In this document: positions 27,427 through 32,534 of the stretch, piece by piece
Layout of the letters: each line of letters starts with the position of its first letter
How positions within the stretch are numbered: the first letter of the stretch is position 1
From: Rhodosorus marinus CCMP1338
Taxonomy: Eukaryota; Plantae; Rhodophyta
Direction: 5' to 3'
NCBI GenBank assembly: GCA_029953675.1
Contig: JAMWBK010000016.1
Location: 1 to 32,534 of the forward strand
Length of the DNA stretch: 32,534 nucleotides
Notes under the pieces: generated by a model
Told to the model about the DNA's origin: nothing
Seen by the model: only the letters and a program-made list of their open reading frames with translations
The model's database searches: none
Made by a program: the position numbers and the translations under genes

Positions 27427-29969
27427 TTACAATTTCGGAGCGACTGTTGGAGTAGGCGTCGGTAGTCTCTCGTCGATCTCATAGCCACAGAACAGTGTCG
27501 CACTTCCGGTTGCAGGGTCCATCATGCCGAAGGCCAAGTAGTCGACACCGGGAGTGAACTGGTAGCCGTGGCCGTTTGCCATCCCTTCCTCAGCTGCAGA
27601 GCATTAGGAGAAATTGATCAGATATCTATTTTGGTAGACAAATAAATAGAGATCGAAGCGAGGTTGACGTACCTCTGAAGACAAACCCAACGACGTCCGA
27701 GAGCTCATGTTTCGGTGAGTATGGACCTTCGTTGTTCACCTGGAAGCCAAGATCATAGTCTGCTTGACCTCCTATGCATGTGAAGTTCTGAGCGGCCATG
27801 AAGATCGCGGATCTCTTCAGAGCTACTACGCTGGGAATCAGCTCGGAGACGTTGCTCTGCCCCTCCAGAAACTCGATCGATTCTTTCAGACCCTCAACAT
27901 ACTGTGCGTTCTGTAGTCGAAGTAGTTTAAAGGTTGGATGGGTTCGTGAGTAGCTTCTTCTATGTCATAGTACAAACAAATTTTCTCTCTCACCTTTGAG
28001 TCGAAGAAAGTAAGCGCTCCGAGAAAATCATTCTCGCCTTCGCAAGTGAAATCCTTGAATTTCAACGATGTGAGAGGGTAGTTATGGTAGCCGAATCCCC
28101 AGTCTCTGTTCGGCAGACTTGAAGTCTCCGAGTTGAGGGCGACGTGATCCGGACACAACGCCGGGGGGAAGGAGATATCCTCCAACTTTTTCCAGACACC
28201 TACGGGGCTGATCGACAACTTCTCGTGGGGGATCGGCGTCGGCTCCGGAGTCGGCGTTGGGGTTGGAACTGGAGTCGTCCATCCTCCCCACTTGTATTGT
28301 GGGCAGATACTCCTCACGAATCCACTCTCGTCAAGTTCTATGTAGATAATATACTTCATCCCAATCTCCCACAAGAAACCGTTGTATTCTGGCAAAGATT
28401 CATCAGCTGTGACAAGCAGAGAACAGATGTTCAGAAAACAGGGTACCAGAGCTTCGAGAGAGAAACGCATTTTTGCAGAGAAGTCGCAGCAAAAAAGCTG
28501 CGAAACAGCATAATTTCTAGTCAAAACCTTACCAACAAAGAGCAGAAGGAGCTTGTTGGAGAGTTGGTGGTAAGGCGACCATGGCCCGTTCTTTCGAACC
28601 TCGGCGCTGAATGCGGGATTGTTCGTCGCTGGCTCGCAAGTTACGTCTTGGTTGAAGTAAAGAACGTTCGACCTGTCCAGGGCCATGATGTCCCGGAGCA
28701 AACTCGCATCCGCTTCACCTACAGACGTCCAAATTCTGCTCATGGTTTCCGGCAATCCTGGAACTGAACTCGAATCCTGTCAAGGAGAGCGCAGTCATTG
28801 AGATGGAGTCAGGACCGGGATAGGCGAAAGCACGCTTGCCTAGAGTGAACTCACCTTGGAATTCACTGCAATAAGTGTGGCAGAGGACGGATCCTCTACT
28901 TTGCAATTCTCAAAGTTAAATTTGACTCCCGCATTGGCTTTATTAGCCAGGCCGATGTTTTGATAAGGAAATTCAAAGGACAGCTCCGGAGAATCCACTA
29001 CGGTGTTGGAATAGTCAAACTCGGTGCTACGGGCCCAGTTGCAGAGCGACCCTTTCGGGCTGAGAGCTGCTACTGCGTAGTAGATGCCGCCCCGATCCTC
29101 CATATTGAGCGGTTTATTCATCCAATCGATTGGCTCTGGCAGCGGCGTCTCCCATGCCCACTGAGAATATGTACAAAGCGTCTCAGTTAGACCTTCGGCG
29201 TCCAGAATGACGTAGCTAAGGTACTTTACGCCGTCTTCGAAAGTGAAGCCTTCGACATCCGGCGAGCCTAATATAGAAGCCGAAGTAGCTCTTAGAAGAC
29301 GCGTGACGAGATAGCTGTTCAGTTCACGGTGTTTGCTTACCTCTGAAGATAAACCCGATCGGGTTCGAAATCGGCTCCGCGGGTGAGTGGGGCCAGACCG
29401 GGTCCACCGTCGCCGCAAGCCCTTCTTTTGCGCAGGTCACGTCCTGGTCGAAGATGAAAGTTGCAGAGCGCTCCAAGGACATGACGGTTTTGACTAACGC
29501 CGCGAAGTTCGGATCCGACTGGCCGTCAAGGATGCTCCCCAAGCTAGTAATCAATCCGGGAACCTCGGCAGCGTTCTGGTGTGGAGGGGAAAAGACGACT
29601 TTTAGTACTTAGTTCAGGTGAGGTTTCGGAATTCGGATCGGCTCAGATGGCATCTGCTTAGCTGGCATCTGCTTGGCTTACCGCGCAATCCAGCATAGAC
29701 ACTGCAGAGGTCGATGGGTCATCGACGACACAACCACCGGATCCGAATTTTAAGGAGCTGAGTGGGTAGCTTCTATGGGGGAATGTCCAGCTACGAGAAG
29801 AATTGCTCGTAAGGCGATCAGCGATGATGATCGAGTTCGGACAGTTCTCCCCACTCATCTCCGAGACGTATTCCCATACTCCCTCCGGTTCAATAGATAA
29901 TTCTTCATCCTGCTGGGCGCGTACGACCAGCACGAAGAAGACAACACATGTGAACACGCCTCTCAACAT
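27427..29969 (-). CDS. Intact 7-exon gene for a 672-aa putative secreted protein with three tandem homologous domains
   Basis: Exons 29969-29682, 29575-29341, 29288-28855, 28776-28533, 28406-27994, 27910-27673, 27593-27427 (sum 2019 nt, open frame). GT..AG introns of 106, 52, 78, 126, 83 and 79 bp. Signal peptide MLRGVFTCVVFFVLVVRA. The intron 2 acceptor (GAG) is the least certain. Confidence 0.85.
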
Positions 29970-30333
29970 TGTTTTGAGCTCCTCAGTAAACTGGCAGTAA
30001 AACATAAAAAGAATTCGATATTTATTTGATAGCTTTCATGTCATCACCGTCTTCCTAGAAATTTCCCAACCTCGAGGAGTTCCTCTTTATAGTTTGTCAC
30101 TGTATATGCCTGCTGATTGTCATCGCTCGGTTACATGACGGTGGATACGGATATGAACCAGCGTCTAGTACGATCGAACAGCATCTGAACCGCTCGAAAA
30201 TAGCCGATAATTAGAATCCTCTGGACTACGATTATTATTAAGCACTGTATTCTGTAGGTCTTGAATAGCTCTTCCAGGAGGACTTCTCGAACGACCTTGC
30301 TGAATACTGATGAGTGAGAGACCGAGTGTTCGC

Positions 30334-31288
30334 GAAATAATTATCGTAATACGGAGCTCCAATTCGTAGCTCTCCCCAATGATGACGTGCGCAGAAATTT
30401 TGCCTTGCTGATAAAGACCAAATCTTCGAGTCCGGCGGCCTCTGCAAGAGGAATAACCCAAGAAAAATCATGGGTTTGGAGTGGTTGCGGAGATGCTTTG
30501 CTGAGCATCCTACTGAATACTTGGCGCTCTTGAGGCGTTTAAGTGTCTCCCTTTGGCGATATTCCAGCCACATGCTTTCCGAGGCGCGTCATCTGCCCCT
30601 GGGGCTGCATGCTTCCCACCCTAGTTCTTAGTTCATCTTCACGCCGTGCGTAGCGCTTCAGGCTATGCTAGTAAAGTCCACCTAAATTGGCAACTGTTTT
30701 CAAAACATAAAGGACGACAGTAAAGCTCAAAATTAATCCTCACATCGAGCAGTTCGCTGCTACCACCAGCCAATATGGTGCTGAGGATCACGCGACGCGG
30801 CCAATGTCGAACGGAATTTGCCCCATAAAACCCTGCAGTAAGTTGGAATCAATAAAATCTTCCGGAATATTTTCGTCCCAATGCATACGACAAGAGTAAG
30901 CAAGTCTCTCTCCGAATCGATTGACCATCGTTGTTTCTTCTCTTTTACAAACTCAGGTAGTAGTGAAGTTCAATTTCATGCGAGTGCAAAGTTTCTAAAT
31001 ATAGGTTGCAGGAGAATCAATAATATCCTCCGTTTTCTTGTGGCCGAGGGCCAAGTTAAATGTATTTTTGAAGTTTTCTGGTTGGTCCCTTGATATGGTG
31101 GCCAGCACTTCCGGACGTGAACGAGCAATGCGTGGTCAGTCAGGAGAGTGGCCCTTAACGATTGGGCATTGCGGTGAGGGAACCAAGGCAACGGAAGAAG
31201 CATAGTTGCCTGGGCGTATCATAGACGCCTGGGGTTGTGCACGGTGAGTGACTGACCTAGTAGTCAGCTGCGACGATAGCCGCCGCAC
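30334..31288. repeat. Segmental direct duplication, copy 2 (of 26046-27065)
   Basis: Near-identical; lacks the A insertion and has no telomere repeat at its left edge. Confidence 0.95.
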
Positions 31289-31395
31289 CACCTACGGTGA
31301 TCTGGCAGTCCCGAATCCCCAGACTAGTCGTTATCTGCCCGCAGCAGGAGAGCGCCGTGGTTTTGCCGCTGCCAGTATGCGTCGACATAAAGAGC
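31248..31395 (+). mobile_element. Diverged A-like endonuclease fragment
   Basis: VTDLVVSCDDSRRTTYGDLAVPNPQTSRYLPAAGERRGFAAASMRRHKE vs A VADLVITCDDSRPTTYVDLAVPNPQASRYLPAAGERRGSAAASMRRRKE. Confidence 0.9.
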
Positions 31396-31520
31396 TGACG
31401 GTATGCAAGGGCACTGTCTACCGAGACCGACTTGAACCGGTCGTGACTCCGGCCAACTGAAAAACTGGTCTGAGAAGCTGACTTTGCTAACTGACTGACT
31501 AGGTAGTGGACAAACAACAA

Positions 31521-31673
31521 GTCCGCTCGACGGACAATGTGTAGTCGGATTTGTAGCCATGTGATGCTGCTGTCTGCTCGACGGACAACGTGTAATCGGA
31601 TTTGTACCCTTGTGATGCTCTTGTCCGCTCGACCGACAATGTGTAATCAGATTTGTACCCATGTGACGCTTCT
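31521..31673. repeat. Tandem repeat, 3 x 51 bp
   Basis: Units start at 31521, 31572 and 31623 (GTCCGCTCGACGGACAATGTGTA.TCGGATTTGTA.CC.TGTGATGCT). Confidence 0.9.
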
Positions 31674-31809
31674 ACCACAACGGCCGGGTTTGTCCTCGGA
31701 TCTTATTGAAAAATACTTACAACCGGGGGTGGGTGTCCTATGAGAGGGAGAGGAGACAGATCGATTTAAACAATCATAGGGTTTGCAGTGTTTATTTTTT
31801 TTTTTTAGC

Positions 31810-32040
31810 TCTTATGTGGTGCATGTGGACTTTATTGCCTCCCATGCCTGCCTGCTGTGCCATCCAGACGCAATTCCGATTCTCCAAAGTGCCAACTCCC
31901 GAGGAGTTTTCCGGACTGGGATATTCGGATCCTTCACACAACGACACCCCGATCGACAAGTAAGCCTTTACACTGGCCAGGCGCTGGACCCAGACAACCT
32001 TCTGGGTTATACTCCATTCCAATTGGCACTCGGGTGTTTG
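31810..32040 (+). mobile_element. ORF1 fragment of a C-like element (family E) next to the telomere
   Basis: VHVDFIASHACLLCHPDAIPILQSA vs element C AHVDFISSHASLLCHPDAIPIVQSA. Confidence 0.85.
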
Positions 32041-32041
32041 C

Positions 32042-32156
32042 GTTACGTTAGTTTGGGGTTTTGGACGGCTTTGTTTGTGGAAAACGACGGAAAAAGGTGA
32101 TAAAAAGTTACAAGTATGATTGTGAAGGAGGTACGCGGGCCGTTAGTCTGGGGTTA
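32042..32156 (+). repeat. Two sub-terminal telomere-repeat patches (32042-32060 with one mismatch; 32141-32156 perfect) flanking an 80-bp unrelated segment
   Basis: GTTACGTTAGTTTGGGGTT and CGTTAGTCTGGGGTTA. Confidence 0.8.
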
Positions 32157-32170
32157 GGTCCGGTGCTACA

Positions 32171-32533
32171 TGGGGTTACGTTAGTCTGGGGTTACGTTAG
32201 TCTGGGGTTACGTTAGTCTGGGGTTACGTTAGTCTGGGGTTACGTTAGTCTGGGGTTACGTTAGTCTGGGGTTACGTTAGTCTGGGGTTACGTTAGTCTG
32301 GGGTTACGTTAGTCTGGGGTTACGTTAGTCTGGGGTTACGTTAGTCTGGGGTTACGTTAGTCTGGGGTTACGTTAGTCTGGGGTTACGTTAGTCTGGGGT
32401 TACGTTAGTCTGGGGTTACGTTAGTCTGGGGTTACGTTAGTCTGGGGTTACGTTAGTCTGGGTTACGTTAGTCTGGGGTTACGTTAGTCTGGGGTTACGT
32501 TAGTCTGGGGTTACGTTAGTCTGGGGTTACGTT
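32171..32533 (+). repeat. Terminal telomere array (TTAGTCTGGGGTTACG)n, about 22.7 units
   Basis: Homogeneous 16-bp tandem repeat running to the window end, G-rich strand 5'->3' outward; one unit near 32460 has GGG instead of GGGG. Confidence 0.9.
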
Positions 32534-32534
32534 G

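Noticed and set aside
29315-29340. 26-nt intron using the first CAG acceptor
   Set aside because: Breaks the frame; the 52-nt intron keeps the frame and matches the intron position in the other two domains.
30165-31200. Possible host gene remnants in the duplicated segment
   Set aside because: Short ORFs with stops and no recognisable motif; cannot be supported without a search.
31317-31326. CCCCAGACTA telomere match
   Set aside because: Lies inside a colinear coding alignment (PNPQTS), not at a junction; probably chance.

Overview
Eukaryotic chromosome end (subtelomere plus telomere); the host cannot be identified from sequence alone. The window ends in about 22.7 copies of an unusual 16-bp repeat (TTAGTCTGGGGTTACG)n, G-rich strand pointing to the right end. 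Most of the rest is a nested patchwork of non-LTR retrotransposons with RT, a CCHC zinc knuckle and a C-terminal restriction-like (PD-(D/E)xK) endonuclease (CRE/SLACS/MoTeR-like). They form several diverged families (my labels A-G), and the longer copies have two ORFs. Two lifestyles are visible. Family A ends in (CATT)n and inserts in unrelated sites with 5-11 bp target duplications. The C/D/F lineage forms a head-to-tail array (20.8-26.0 kb) whose members are separated by 6-25 bp pieces of the telomere repeat, with 3' ends joined at the same phase (G/GG-TTAC), suggesting telomere-targeted elements. About ten short telomere-repeat patches also sit exactly at rearrangement or insertion junctions, in both orientations. 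Host genes: a 208-aa secreted Pro/Thr-linker protein, an intact 7-exon 672-aa secreted protein with three tandem domains, and a disrupted 44-aa ankyrin-like repeat gene. Some frameshifts may be sequencing errors.
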